Assembly: GCA_038230075.1 (NCBI GenBank)
Contig: JBBRNV010000003.1
Location: forward strand, 29,329-93,328
Origin: Minisyncoccia bacterium
GTDB lineage: Bacteria; Patescibacteriota; Minisyncoccia; Phycocordibacterales; CALRBL01
DNA length: 64,000 nucleotides
Direction of reading: 5' to 3'
A program made the position numbers and the translations under genes. Below are positions 30,872 to 41,088 of the stretch, piece after piece (positions within the stretch are counted from its first letter, which is position 1; every line of letters starts with the position of its first letter). The notes beneath the pieces are model-generated. The model was not told the origin of the DNA and ran no database searches. It was given only the letters and a program-made list of their open reading frames with translations.

Positions 30872-32674
30872 TTATTTTCGCGCGTACTTTGCTCGGTCAG
30901 TTTTTGTTAAGAATTTTTTTCGAAGTCGAGTTGAAGTTGGAGTGATTTCTAAATATTCGTCTTCATTCATTAATTCAAGTCCTCGTTCAATGGTGACTTC
31001 AAGTGGGGGAACCAAGTAAATAGTATCGTCTGATCCTGAGGCTCGCATGTTGGTGAGTTGCTTTCCTTTGGTTGGATTCACATCGAGATCTTCTCCTTTT
31101 GATGTATTTCCAATAACCATTCCATCGTACACTTCGGTACTTGGTCCGATATAGAGCACTCCTCGTTCTTGAAGATTTCCAAGAGAGAAGCCTAGAGCCT
31201 TTCCATTTTCCATTGAAACCATTGAACCAACTTCTCTTTTTTCAATCACACCTGCATATTCTTTAAATTCCATAAATCGAGAACTGAGAATTCCTTCTCC
31301 TTTCGTATCAATCACGAATTGATTTCGAAAACCAAGAAGACCTCGAGTTGGAATATCAAATGTCATTCGAGTAATACCTCGATCGCTATGCATGTTGGTC
31401 ATGATTCCTTTTCTTTTTCCCATTTTTTCAATGACAGTTCCAGAAGTTGTGTCAGGTACGTCGATAATTGCTTCTTCATACGGCTCCATTTTCTTTCCAG
31501 CTTCTTCTTTGATAATTACCTGAGGCTGAGAAACTTGAAGTTCATATCCTTCTCGTCGCATGTTCTCAAGAAGTACGGCAATGTGAAGTTCTCCTCGTCC
31601 AAACACTTTAAAATATTCAGATGATGAAAAATCAACTCGAAGACCAACGTTGATTTCAAGTTCTTTTTCAAGTCGATCTCGAATCTGTCGAGTTGTTACG
31701 TATTTTCCTTCTCGTCCTGCAAATGGTGAGTCGTTCACAAAAAAGTTCAAAGAAATAGTTGGTTCGTCGATGGTGATTGAAGGAAGGGGAAGTTGATCTG
31801 CATTTTCACACACGGTTTCTCCAATGTAGATGTCTGAGATTCCTGCAATCATGACAATATCTCCTGCAATTGCTTCCTGCACTTCTTTTTTAGTTGAGCC
31901 TTCGAAGGTGTAGAGTTTAGTAATTCGAGCTTGTCGTGTTTCAGCAACTTCAGCTCCAGGAGCTAGAGGTTTTTTAATGAAAACATTTTGACCCATTTTG
32001 ATAGTTCCTTTATAGATTCGGGCAACAGCCATTCGTCCGAGAAAGTTGTCATATGCGAGGTTGAATGGTTGTGCTTCAAGCGGAGCAGACACGTCGTTCG
32101 CAGCTGCCGGAACTTTTTCAAGAACGGTATCGAGAAGAGGATTCAATGTTTTTGAATCATCGTTTATGTGTCGTTTTGCAATTCCGTCTCGTCCAATTGC
32201 GTATACAGTTGTGAAATCGAGTTGTTCATCAGTTGCTCCAAGTTCCATGAAAAGTTCAAATACTTCGTCGTGTACTCGATCAGGATTTGCTGCGGGCTTA
32301 TCAATTTTATTTAAAATAACAATGGGCTTCAAACCAAGTTCAAGAGACTTTTTGAGAACGAATCGAGTTTGAGGCATAGGACCTTCTTGAGCGTCGACAA
32401 CTAAAAGCACACAGTCGATAGATCGGAGTACTCGTTCAACTTCTGAACCGAAGTCGGCATGACCTGGTGTATCTACAATATTAATTTTTGTATCTTTGTA
32501 GAAAAGAGAGGTGTTTTTGGCATAAATCGTAATACCACGCTCTCGTTCGAGATCGTTTGAGTCCATACTTCCAGCATCTCCTTTAACAGAACCAGTCTGC
32601 TTAAGAAGGGCGTCAGTAAGGGTGGTTTTGCCGTGGTCCACGTGAGCGATGATTGCAATGTTGCGAATTTCCAT
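30872..32674 (-). CDS. typA: translational GTPase TypA/BipA
   Basis: AHVDHGKTTL G1 motif, DTPGHADF, NKID; about 600 aa with the BipA-type C-terminal domain. Confidence 0.9.
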   Translation of the reverse strand: MEIRNIAIIAHVDHGKTTLTDALLKQTGSVKGDAGSMDSNDLERERGITIYAKNTSLFYKDTKINIVDTPGHADFGSEVERVLRSIDCVLLVVDAQEGPMPQTRFVLKKSLELGLKPIVILNKIDKPAANPDRVHDEVFELFMELGATDEQLDFTTVYAIGRDGIAKRHINDDSKTLNPLLDTVLEKVPAAANDVSAPLEAQPFNLAYDNFLGRMAVARIYKGTIKMGQNVFIKKPLAPGAEVAETRQARITKLYTFEGSTKKEVQEAIAGDIVMIAGISDIYIGETVCENADQLPLPSITIDEPTISLNFFVNDSPFAGREGKYVTTRQIRDRLEKELEINVGLRVDFSSSEYFKVFGRGELHIAVLLENMRREGYELQVSQPQVIIKEEAGKKMEPYEEAIIDVPDTTSGTVIEKMGKRKGIMTNMHSDRGITRMTFDIPTRGLLGFRNQFVIDTKGEGILSSRFMEFKEYAGVIEKREVGSMVSMENGKALGFSLGNLQERGVLYIGPSTEVYDGMVIGNTSKGEDLDVNPTKGKQLTNMRASGSDDTIYLVPPLEVTIERGLELMNEDEYLEITPTSTRLRKKFLTKTDRAKYARK

Positions 32675-32756
32675 ATGAAAAGGTGATTGAGAAATAAAAA
32701 ACGGCTTTTGGCCGAACGGGTATATTTAACCAAATTTTAAGGCTTTGGTCAAATAG

Positions 32757-32812
32757 AAAGCCCGCCCCGTTAAGACTGCACAGGGGCGGTCTTACTATGG
32801 GCGGGCTGGGCC
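32757..32812 (-). terminator. GC-rich nested stem-loop element between the upstream minus-strand gene and typA
   Basis: AGCCCGCCCC / GGGGCGG / GGGCGGGCT complementary blocks; on the minus strand followed by TTTCTATTTG. Confidence 0.4.
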
Positions 32813-32819
32813 GTACCAA

Positions 32820-33500
32820 TTAAGGTTTGTCGATGTCTGACTCTGCCAACAAAGCTAACGATCGAACTCGGTCGGTGCCACTTAACGATTCAAATGTCGC
32901 AACCGCGAGGGTGTTGAGAAATTCATTGATCGCCAGATCTTGCTCAGAAAGCAGTGTCGAACGACTGATAACCTCAAGTCCAAAGTGTCGCTTCAAACCT
33001 TTTGTTCCGTTGTAAACTCTCAGGGCTGCTTTCAGCCTTTCCGACATCTTTGACGAAAAATGTTCCTCAGCATCAATACGTTTCTTGGCTAACGGTATGA
33101 ATTGAAGCACATCAAACAAAACCTGTTCGAAGTGCTGTTTGTCGAGTGTGGGGTGGAGATGAGCGAGCCCTTCGAAAAGGCCTGTGATGATAGCGTGGAA
33201 CAGCTCTGCACTTTCTCGATTTTTTGCCGAGATGAGAGCCTCTTTCTTTGCGGACAACGCCTTGAAGAGTGACTTCCGATTGCCGTAGAAGCAGCAAAGT
33301 AGCGCCATGATGGTGACAGCGATATTGTTCAACATCACATCGATTGGCTTTCGTTTTTGACCGATCAAGCCGATAGCTTCAACGGCTTTTCCAACCCTTC
33401 GACCAACTATGGCTTCGAGGGCTGTTTGAATCATTTGGTCTTCGAAATGCACTGCACATTCTGAGATAATGAGGACTGATTTTACTTGTGAACGAACCAT
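32820..33500 (-). CDS. hypothetical helical protein, possibly a regulator
   Basis: 226-aa ORF at moderate GC with no clear HTH; a G-tract lies immediately upstream at 33508-33526. Confidence 0.4.
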   Translation of the reverse strand: MVRSQVKSVLIISECAVHFEDQMIQTALEAIVGRRVGKAVEAIGLIGQKRKPIDVMLNNIAVTIMALLCCFYGNRKSLFKALSAKKEALISAKNRESAELFHAIITGLFEGLAHLHPTLDKQHFEQVLFDVLQFIPLAKKRIDAEEHFSSKMSERLKAALRVYNGTKGLKRHFGLEVISRSTLLSEQDLAINEFLNTLAVATFESLSGTDRVRSLALLAESDIDKP

Positions 33501-33645
33501 GGCGTAAGGATGGGGGGTGGGGGTGTTTGAAAGATCAGAATAGCCACATGGCTATACAAAAGGCAGTGCCAAATGCGGGATAAGAATGTCATGATATAAG
33601 TAATGTGTCAATAATTTACTATTGAAAATTCCATACAATCAACGG

Positions 33646-33673
33646 TTGACATGTTAACTATACTGTATATACT
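33646..33673 (+). promoter_or_regulatory. sigma70-like promoter for marR: TTGACA, 16 nt, TATACT; leaderless
   Basis: The -10 ends 6 nt before the ATG and no SD is present; an AT-rich imperfect palindrome overlaps the site. Confidence 0.5.
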
Positions 33674-33679
33674 ATTTAT

Positions 33680-34186
33680 ATGGCAGAAACAGAGCAGTAT
33701 ATCGAAACAAGACTCATTGTTCAGAACCTATATAAGACAATGTTTCTGATGGATAAACTGGTTAACAAGACCCTCGACAATGCTGGTCTCATTACTTTTT
33801 CCCAATTTCGAATTCTCATTATCATTTTAAGAAATCCACAATTTTCTCAAAAAGATGTTGCTGATGCATTGCACTTAACAAAAGCTGCAATTAGTAGACA
33901 CGTTGAACAGCTTCGAAAACTGTTACTGCTCGATACAAAAGTTAAACATGATAATAGACGAGAGCAAGAAATTATTTTAACAGAGAAAGGAAAGAAGATT
34001 ATGACTCAAGCGCTTACACTTCTCGATGCAACATTTAAAAAAGTATTTAATGAAATGGATCCGAAAGAACAATCTCAGCTTCTTACTTCCTTCGGAAAAA
34101 TAATAAAAAAAATGCAGAACGAAAACAGTATCGAATGTGAACAACAAAAAACAAACAAACAGAACGCTATTAATAAAAATAAATAA
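33680..34186 (+). CDS. MarR-family transcriptional regulator
   Basis: Winged-HTH core (FSQFRILIIILRNPQFSQKDVADALHLTKAAISRHVEQL). Confidence 0.8.
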   Translation: MAETEQYIETRLIVQNLYKTMFLMDKLVNKTLDNAGLITFSQFRILIIILRNPQFSQKDVADALHLTKAAISRHVEQLRKLLLLDTKVKHDNRREQEIILTEKGKKIMTQALTLLDATFKKVFNEMDPKEQSQLLTSFGKIIKKMQNENSIECEQQKTNKQNAINKNK

Positions 34187-34190
34187 TATT

Positions 34191-35753
34191 ATGAATATCA
34201 ACACATTCAAAAACAAAGCTTGGTCAGTTCTCAAACTAAAATCTGTGTATTTTCCTTTAATTGCACTCATTGTAATTGTTGGAGCGACAAAAGTACTTGG
34301 AGGAAATAAGAAAAGCGCTGTTGAAACAATGACTGTGCAACCCTCTACGTTTTCGCAACAAGTTTCTGTAACGGGAAAAGTGGTATCTGCACAAGATGTA
34401 GATATGAGCTTTGAAAGCGGCGGACGCGTATCTGTTGTTAATATCGACGTGGGACAGCATGTAAAAGCTGGCCAAAGCCTTTCAGTTGTTGATAGTGGAG
34501 ATGCCTACGCTTCATATCTTCAACGACAAGCGGCACTTGAAGCTGAACAAGCTCGACTAAATGCAATGCTTGCAGGAACTCGTCCTGAGGAATTGGCAAT
34601 TGCGCAAACAAGCTACGATCAAGCAAAGAATGCAATTATGAATGCAATCACAAGTGGCTTTACTACTACTGACGATGCAATTCGAATTAAAACAGATCAA
34701 CTTTACACCGATCCTCGAAAGATTAATCCAAAGATTATTTATTTCGATAATTATGATTTAAAAACTAAGTTGGAAACAGAGCGAGTAACAATTGGAACCC
34801 TGTTAGACGCATGGTCAGCGTCAGTTAATAAACTCCAATCAGCTGGATATAGTGATAGTTATCTTGCAGAAGCAAAGTCTAATTTGGTTACAATAAAAGC
34901 TTATCTAGACGAAATTAATATCGCAACTGGTTCAATTCAGCCAGCGACAACAATTCCTCAATCAACAATTGATAAATACCGAAGTGATGCATCAATTGCT
35001 CGATCAAATATTGTAAACGCTATCACTACACTTAACTCTGCTGAAAATTCATTTCGATCTGCGGGAGATCAGTTAGCGCTCAAGAAAGCAGGTTCTCGAC
35101 CAGAAGATATTGATGCCGAACGTGCGAATGTGAAAAGTGCTCAAGCTAATCTTTTAAGTGCTCAAGCGCAACTTAGTCAGCGAAGTATTAATGCTCCGTT
35201 TGATGGTGTGATAACAAAAGTTGATGCAAAAATTGGTCAAATCGTTTCTCCAAGTGTTCCTGTTATTTCAATGATTAGTGATTCAGCCCTTGAAATCGAG
35301 GCGTATATTCCAGAAGCTGATATTGCTAAAGTGCAACTTAAACAAACTGCAAAAGTGTGGCTCGACTCATACGGACCAGATAATAATTTTGACGCGGTTG
35401 TAACTTCAATTGATCCTGCAGAAACAGTTGTTGAAGGAGTGGCGACATATAAAACAAAACTTCAATTCACTAAAACAGATGATCGAGTTCGATCAGGAAT
35501 GACAGCAAACATTGATATTCAAACTGATAATCGAGAAGGGGTTATTTCGATCCCAGCACGAGCGGTGGTAAACACCAATGGAGTAAAAACTGTGTATGTT
35601 GTTGTTAAGGGTTCAAACAACTCATCATCAACTTCAAATCAAGGAGAAGCTCGAGTTGTTGAAACAGGCTCAACTGATACAAAAGGAAATACTGAAATTA
35701 AAACTGGTTTGAAAGCAGGTGACATTATTATTACTAATCCGGTAAGAAGTTAA
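34191..35753 (+). CDS. HlyD/MacA-type membrane-fusion (periplasmic adaptor) protein
   Basis: N-terminal TM helix, long coiled-coil hairpin, lipoyl/beta-barrel segments (APFDGVITKV); sits upstream of the ABC ATPase and permease. Confidence 0.7.
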   Translation: MNINTFKNKAWSVLKLKSVYFPLIALIVIVGATKVLGGNKKSAVETMTVQPSTFSQQVSVTGKVVSAQDVDMSFESGGRVSVVNIDVGQHVKAGQSLSVVDSGDAYASYLQRQAALEAEQARLNAMLAGTRPEELAIAQTSYDQAKNAIMNAITSGFTTTDDAIRIKTDQLYTDPRKINPKIIYFDNYDLKTKLETERVTIGTLLDAWSASVNKLQSAGYSDSYLAEAKSNLVTIKAYLDEINIATGSIQPATTIPQSTIDKYRSDASIARSNIVNAITTLNSAENSFRSAGDQLALKKAGSRPEDIDAERANVKSAQANLLSAQAQLSQRSINAPFDGVITKVDAKIGQIVSPSVPVISMISDSALEIEAYIPEADIAKVQLKQTAKVWLDSYGPDNNFDAVVTSIDPAETVVEGVATYKTKLQFTKTDDRVRSGMTANIDIQTDNREGVISIPARAVVNTNGVKTVYVVVKGSNNSSSTSNQGEARVVETGSTDTKGNTEIKTGLKAGDIIITNPVRS

Positions 35754-35755
35754 GT

Positions 35756-36478
35756 ATGGCCACACTTTTACAAATACAAGATTTAGTAAAAGAATATGTT
35801 GATGGTGACACCATCACACGTGCATTAGATGGTATTAACTTTAATGTAAATAAAGGGGAGTTTGTTGCAATCATGGGCCCATCAGGATCAGGTAAATCAA
35901 CACTTCTTCATATGCTTGGTTTCCTTGATAGTCCAACGAGTGGTCAATATATATTTGATGGCATTAACACACATGAGTTAGTAGAAGAAGATGTGGCGAA
36001 ACTTCGAAGTAGAAAAGTAGGGTTTGTTTTCCAAGCATTTAATCTTCTTGCAAAAACGTCTGTTCTTGAAAATGTAAAACTTCCTCTTCTCTATTCTGAT
36101 ATTCCTGAACATGAATGGAATGATCGTGCTAAAAAAGCAATCGATTCTGTTGGATTAACACATCGTTTATATCACGAGCCATCTGAGTTGTCGGGAGGTG
36201 AGAAACAGCGTGTCGCTATTGCTCGTGCTCTCATTAACGATCCTGAAATTATTTTTGCCGACGAACCAACAGGAAATCTTGATTCAACATCGGGAAAAAA
36301 AGTAATGAGCATTCTTGAAGATCTTCACGATAATAAAGGTCATACGATTATTTTAATTACACACGAAACTCACACTGCAGAGCACGCAGAACGAATCATT
36401 CGAATTCTAGATGGAAAAGTAGAGAAAGATGAGAAGGTTCTTAATAAGCGATCATCAACTGATAATTTCCTAAAATAA
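35756..36478 (+). CDS. MacB/LolD-type ABC transporter ATP-binding protein
   Basis: Walker [10 protein letters not shown], signature [14 protein letters not shown], Walker [13 protein letters not shown]. Confidence 0.85.
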   Translation: MATLLQIQDLVKEYVDGDTITRALDGINFNVNKGEFVAIMGPSGSGKSTLLHMLGFLDSPTSGQYIFDGINTHELVEEDVAKLRSRKVGFVFQAFNLLAKTSVLENVKLPLLYSDIPEHEWNDRAKKAIDSVGLTHRLYHEPSELSGGEKQRVAIARALINDPEIIFADEPTGNLDSTSGKKVMSILEDLHDNKGHTIILITHETHTAEHAERIIRILDGKVEKDEKVLNKRSSTDNFLK

Positions 36479-36479
36479 T

Positions 36480-37718
36480 ATGAATATCAGACATTACGCA
36501 CATGCTTCGTTTATCGGATTGAAAACAAATCTTGTACGATCAATTCTTACCATTCTAGGTATTGTTATTGGTATCGCATCAATTATTTTGATTGTTTCAC
36601 TTGGAAATGGAGCACAAAATTTGATTCTTGATCAGGTGAAAGGATTGGGAACTCGAACCATTATTATTTCAGCAGGAGGTGATGCGGCTGGCCCTCCAAA
36701 CAGAACTCAATCAACAAAGGTGTCACTTAAGCAACGAGACGTAGATGCACTTGAACAGAAATCAAATGCACCGCATATTTCAAAGGTTATGCCCTTGGTT
36801 AATGGAGCGGGAACTGCTGAAGTTGGTTCAAATAGTTATCGAATCTCGCTTTTTGGAGCAACCGATGCTATGTCTGAAATATATTCTTTAGTACCTGTAG
36901 AAGGGAGCTTTTTTGCTGAAGAAGAGGTACGCTCATCAAGTGATGTGGTAGTTATCGGATCTGAAGTAAAAAATCAGTTATATCCTAATGAAGATGCACT
37001 TGGAAAAAGAATTAAAATCGAAGGACATAACTTTGTCATTGTTGGAGTTCTTCCCTCAAAAGGTTCAAGTGCTTTAATTAACTTCGATAAAGCTGCGATC
37101 ATTCCATATACAACTGCTCAAAATTATATCTTTGGTACAAAATATTTTAATAATATTGTGGTTGAGTCTGATAGTGAAAAAACTATTGCACTTTCTGTTG
37201 ATGACATTAAAAATACCCTTCGAACATTACATAAAATTGAAGATCCAACAAAAGACGACTTTCAAGTTCAAAATCAAGCTGACCTTTCAAATCGGTTAAG
37301 TATCATCACTGATGTTCTGACATATTTCTTAGCAGCAGTTGCTGCAATCTCACTTCTTGTGGGAGGAATTGGTATTATGAATATTATGCTCGTTTCTGTT
37401 ACTGAGAGAACTCGTGAAATTGGTCTTCGAAAAGCAGTTGGGGCAACCAATCGAAATATTCTCATTCAATTTCTTTTGGAAGCAGTGTATCTCACACTCG
37501 CGGGAGGAATTGTTGGGGTGTTAATTGGAACAACACTTTCACTCATCGCTTCATTTTTGATTATTAAAGTATTTGGTTTCGATTGGACATTCATCTTTCC
37601 ATACAGTGCTGCAATTATTGGAGTTGCTGTGTCTGCTGTTGTTGGTCTCGTCTTTGGATTGTATCCTGCTCGTCAGGCTTCAAAGAAAAGTCCGATTGAA
37701 GCACTTCGGTACGAATAA
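36480..37718 (+). CDS. MacB/FtsX-family ABC transporter permease
   Basis: N-terminal TM helix, a large periplasmic domain and a C-terminal three-TM FtsX-like bundle. Confidence 0.8.
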   Translation: MNIRHYAHASFIGLKTNLVRSILTILGIVIGIASIILIVSLGNGAQNLILDQVKGLGTRTIIISAGGDAAGPPNRTQSTKVSLKQRDVDALEQKSNAPHISKVMPLVNGAGTAEVGSNSYRISLFGATDAMSEIYSLVPVEGSFFAEEEVRSSSDVVVIGSEVKNQLYPNEDALGKRIKIEGHNFVIVGVLPSKGSSALINFDKAAIIPYTTAQNYIFGTKYFNNIVVESDSEKTIALSVDDIKNTLRTLHKIEDPTKDDFQVQNQADLSNRLSIITDVLTYFLAAVAAISLLVGGIGIMNIMLVSVTERTREIGLRKAVGATNRNILIQFLLEAVYLTLAGGIVGVLIGTTLSLIASFLIIKVFGFDWTFIFPYSAAIIGVAVSAVVGLVFGLYPARQASKKSPIEALRYE

Positions 37719-37724
37719 GAGAAA

Positions 37725-37752
37725 GGGCGCACGACTTGCGTGCGCCCGATCG
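37725..37752. terminator. GC-rich bidirectional terminator
   Basis: GGGCGCACG-ACTTG-CGTGCGCCC hairpin plus a CCCGATCGGG mini-palindrome; T-rich sequence on both strands. Confidence 0.65.
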
Positions 37753-37768
37753 GGTGATTTTTCCGGCC

Positions 37769-38122
37769 TCAATAGCCGGACTTTCCCGGATGAAACCACC
37801 AGCCTTTGCGAAGAGGTTTGGTGTTTTCTGTTCGGGATGCTTCGGGTTGAGTGGTCTTTTGCCAAAAGTTTTGACGCCACTTGGTGAAGGGATCGTTGAT
37901 GTTCCGCTCAAACCAGTCTTCGAAGGGGCTGCAGAGCAGCTTCAAGAGCGAGACAGTCAAGAAGGTTGCCAAAACAGAGCCGACAACCAAGATCTTAACG
38001 AAGTGGAAGGGGTCATTGAAGAGCATCCAGAAGGTGAGGAAGAGCAGTGCGGCCGAGATGGCGAACATCTTGATGAACCAAATGAAAGAGCGAGGTTGTG
38101 GGGCGGGTTTCGATTTTTTCAT
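37769..38122 (-). CDS. hypothetical small two-TM membrane protein; GC-rich cassette
   Basis: 117-aa ORF with GC3-rich codons and two hydrophobic helices; the overlapping + strand ORF (37736..38200) is less protein-like. Confidence 0.5.
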   Translation of the reverse strand: MKKSKPAPQPRSFIWFIKMFAISAALLFLTFWMLFNDPFHFVKILVVGSVLATFLTVSLLKLLCSPFEDWFERNINDPFTKWRQNFWQKTTQPEASRTENTKPLRKGWWFHPGKSGY

Positions 38123-38190
38123 GAATCAGTTGAGCGGGGGGTTGGGGTTCAGAATCTTTATATAACACTTTTACTACAATGTCAAAGTAT

Positions 38191-38814
38191 TTATTTTTGA
38201 ATTTCAGTTTTTGTATCTTTTGACAACATTTCTAACGCAGCAGGTATTAGAGTAATAATAATAATTCCAATACAAATAGGTAGAAGATATTTTTCGAGAT
38301 TGGGAATGTGTTGACCTAAAAAATAAGCAAGCAGAATTGTTCCCCATGTCCACATGAAAGCACCGATGATGTTGTATGAAAAAAAGTCTTTGACTTTCAT
38401 TTTGGCAACTCCTGCAAGAATGGGAGTGAATGTTCGAATGACAGGAATGAATCGAGCAATAATAATTGCTTTTTTTCCATGTGTTTGAAAAAAGCGTTGT
38501 GTCTTTTCAATGTGTTCTTTTTTAATAAATCGATGCTCTTTGGTAAGAAAAACATCTCCAATCTTTACTCCTAAATAGAAACCAATAATGTCACCAATGA
38601 CTGCTGAAATAAATGTCATGAAAAGCAATGCTGTAAGCGAGAAGTATCCTGCACTTGCAAGTATACCTGCTGCGAAAAGAAGCGAAGCACCAGGAAGAAA
38701 GAAGCCAAGTGGAATACCTGATTCAAATAGAATAATGAAAGAAATACCAAATAATCCGGCTGTTTTTATGAATGGAATTGGGTCAAAAAAATGCATGAGA
38801 ACTACAGTATACAA
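38191..38814 (-). CDS. DedA/TVP38-family membrane protein
   Basis: Conserved DedA core (GFFLPGASLLFAAG, IIARFIPVIRTFTPILAG). Confidence 0.8.
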   Translation of the reverse strand: MYTVVLMHFFDPIPFIKTAGLFGISFIILFESGIPLGFFLPGASLLFAAGILASAGYFSLTALLFMTFISAVIGDIIGFYLGVKIGDVFLTKEHRFIKKEHIEKTQRFFQTHGKKAIIIARFIPVIRTFTPILAGVAKMKVKDFFSYNIIGAFMWTWGTILLAYFLGQHIPNLEKYLLPICIGIIIITLIPAALEMLSKDTKTEIQK

Positions 38815-38854
38815 TCTTTAGCAGAATTTCATAAAGTTTCCTTATGATAGGAGC

Positions 38855-40063
38855 ATGAATCAATCGTTTAGAGATATATTTTCAACATTTATAGAAACAG
38901 GAGACAGAGCTGGTCCTCAGGGAACAGAAATCGTAGACATGATTCTTAATGAAGGGATACAAAGAAATGCATCCGATATTCATATTCGCCCATATGATGC
39001 TGCAATACAAATATTATTTCGTATTGATGGGATACTCGAAGAAGTACTCATACTTCCTATACATCTTAAAGGTGAAATTATCGCCCGAATAAAAATATTA
39101 GCTCGAATTCGACTCGATGATCACGTGATGCCATATGATGGAAGGTTTAAACATCAATCTCAAACAGTACAAGTTGATATTCGTGTGTCCATGGTTCCGA
39201 CTCAGTTTGGACACAATGCAGTTCTTAGAATCTTAGGAAGCAAACAAGAAATATCGTTAACTTCTCTTGGTTTTTCAAAAACTCAATCAAAACTTCTTGA
39301 AGAAGCAGCACAGAAAGAACAAGGAATGATAGTGGTGGTTGGACCAACAGGATCTGGAAAAAGTACAACATTGTATTCTCTTCTCGACCTTGTTGATACT
39401 AAAAGAAAAAGCGTTATTACTATTGAAGATCCAATTGAGTCCACTCTTGAAAACAGTATTCAAATGCAAGTACAAGAAGAAACTGGATTCACATTTGAAA
39501 AAGGTTTGAGAGCAACATTTAGGCAAGATCCAGATGTCATTATGGTTGGTGAAATGAGAGATGCTGAAACTGCTCGTATTGCGTGTAATGCATCGCTCAC
39601 CGGTCATCTTGTCTTTTCAACCCTTCATACCAAGAGTTCAATTGATGCTATTCCAAGGCTCATCGATATGGGTATTCAACAATACGCCGTCGCTTCAGCG
39701 ATCGATCTCATAATTAGCCAAAGATTGTTACCACTTCTTTGTTTGATGTGTAGAAAAGAGACAGTTCCTCAAATTCACGAAGTTGTTCAACTTGAGAAAA
39801 TGCATATTTCTGAGTATCGAACATTTACAGCCAATGGTTGTGAAGATTGTTCGCATAAAGGATATAAAGGAAGAATTGTTATATCAGAACTTCTTTTCAT
39901 CACACAAACCATTCGAAGTTGTATCGTTTCTAAAAAACAAATTCACAACATGTGTGTATCAGGTCAAAACTTTTATTCAATGAAGAGTGATGTATTTGAA
40001 AAGTGTTACCAAGGATTATTAGACTATCGATCAATATTTTTGTATGAAGAAATTATCACATAA
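38855..40063 (+). CDS. pilB: type IV pilus / type II secretion assembly ATPase (GspE/PilB family)
   Basis: Walker A GPTGSGKSTT, Asp/His boxes, tetracysteine motif (CLMC...CEDC). Confidence 0.8.
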   Translation: MNQSFRDIFSTFIETGDRAGPQGTEIVDMILNEGIQRNASDIHIRPYDAAIQILFRIDGILEEVLILPIHLKGEIIARIKILARIRLDDHVMPYDGRFKHQSQTVQVDIRVSMVPTQFGHNAVLRILGSKQEISLTSLGFSKTQSKLLEEAAQKEQGMIVVVGPTGSGKSTTLYSLLDLVDTKRKSVITIEDPIESTLENSIQMQVQEETGFTFEKGLRATFRQDPDVIMVGEMRDAETARIACNASLTGHLVFSTLHTKSSIDAIPRLIDMGIQQYAVASAIDLIISQRLLPLLCLMCRKETVPQIHEVVQLEKMHISEYRTFTANGCEDCSHKGYKGRIVISELLFITQTIRSCIVSKKQIHNMCVSGQNFYSMKSDVFEKCYQGLLDYRSIFLYEEIIT

Positions 40064-41087
40064 AGAGAAAATTCAATTATGGAAAAAGTTGCATGCACTA
40101 CTCGCTGCCCATATTCCTTTTGACAGAGCTTTAACTATACTTATTGACCAATATAGCAAGACTCCCTTTATGAATAGACTGGAATCTGTCAATAAAGATA
40201 TTTCATCAGGTAAGTCTATTTCTGAGTCATTATTTATTTCAGGGTTGTGTACTACATACGAATTATCTTTGATTAGAATTGGAGAGGAAACCAGAAATCT
40301 TCAACAATCTATTCACTTTCTCATTACGTATCATGAAAAGTTGAATGAACTTAAATCTAAAGTAGTCGGTGTGTGTTTGTACCCTGCAATCATTGGCCTG
40401 TTTATGTTTGGTTTGATTATCTTTCTGGTGATGATTATTTTTCCAAAAATTGTCCCGATGTTTAAAAGTATGAAAGTTACTTTACCTATCAGTACGAAGA
40501 TAATGATTGGTATCAGTGATCTTCTTTCACACCACTATGTGTATGTTATTTCTGGAACTTTAGTAATGCTTGTCTTTGGTTACACAACCTTTACAAAGAG
40601 TAAGGTGGTTAAGAAACATCTTTCTCTTATTCCTTTTTGTATTCCATATATTAAACAAATGATGCATTTGTATGTGTATGCTTCGTGGTCACGAACAATT
40701 GGTATTTTGCTTGCAAGTGGTGTTACAGCTCCACTGTCATTTTCAATCGCTGCTGAAACCATTTCATTTTCTAAGATAAAAAAGTTAAGTATCAGTATTT
40801 CTGAACATATTACTGACGGTGGTCTGATCACGCATCTTTTAAAAAAAGAAAATCAAACTCTTCAACTTTTGTCAGGATTGGTAGGTGTTGGTGAAGAAAC
40901 AGGGACACTTGCTCATAGTTTTATATACGCTGCTGATATATATGAAAATGAATGCTCAGAAGCTGTTAAAAGACTGTCTTCCCTTATTGAACCACTACTC
41001 ATGATATTTCTCGGTGGAATTGTAGTTTTCATTGCTATGGCAATTTTAGGGCCGATTTATCAAATGACCTCTGTAATGAATCATTGA
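40044..41087 (+). CDS. pilC: type IV pilus / T2SS platform protein (GspF/PilC family)
   Basis: Duplicated GspF-type domains with three TM helices; follows the ATPase with a 20-nt overlap. Confidence 0.75.
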   Translation: MKKLSHKEKIQLWKKLHALLAAHIPFDRALTILIDQYSKTPFMNRLESVNKDISSGKSISESLFISGLCTTYELSLIRIGEETRNLQQSIHFLITYHEKLNELKSKVVGVCLYPAIIGLFMFGLIIFLVMIIFPKIVPMFKSMKVTLPISTKIMIGISDLLSHHYVYVISGTLVMLVFGYTTFTKSKVVKKHLSLIPFCIPYIKQMMHLYVYASWSRTIGILLASGVTAPLSFSIAAETISFSKIKKLSISISEHITDGGLITHLLKKENQTLQLLSGLVGVGEETGTLAHSFIYAADIYENECSEAVKRLSSLIEPLLMIFLGGIVVFIAMAILGPIYQMTSVMNH

Positions 41088-41088
41088 T

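Noticed and set aside
37750-38140. GGGAAAGTCCGG on the minus strand resembling the RNase P RNA P4 motif, in a GC-rich segment about 350 nt long
   Set aside because: The motif sits at the 3' end rather than near the 5' end, and none of the other conserved RNase P elements are present. The segment has a clean 117-codon frame with GC3-rich periodicity and two hydrophobic helices, so the resemblance is a coincidence of coding sequence (G-K-S-G-Y).
37736-38200. + strand 154-aa ORF overlapping the small GC-rich membrane-protein gene
   Set aside because: Its translation is Glu/Gly-rich and non-hydrophobic, with no start context. The minus-strand frame has GC3-rich codons and two TM helices. The call still has some uncertainty.
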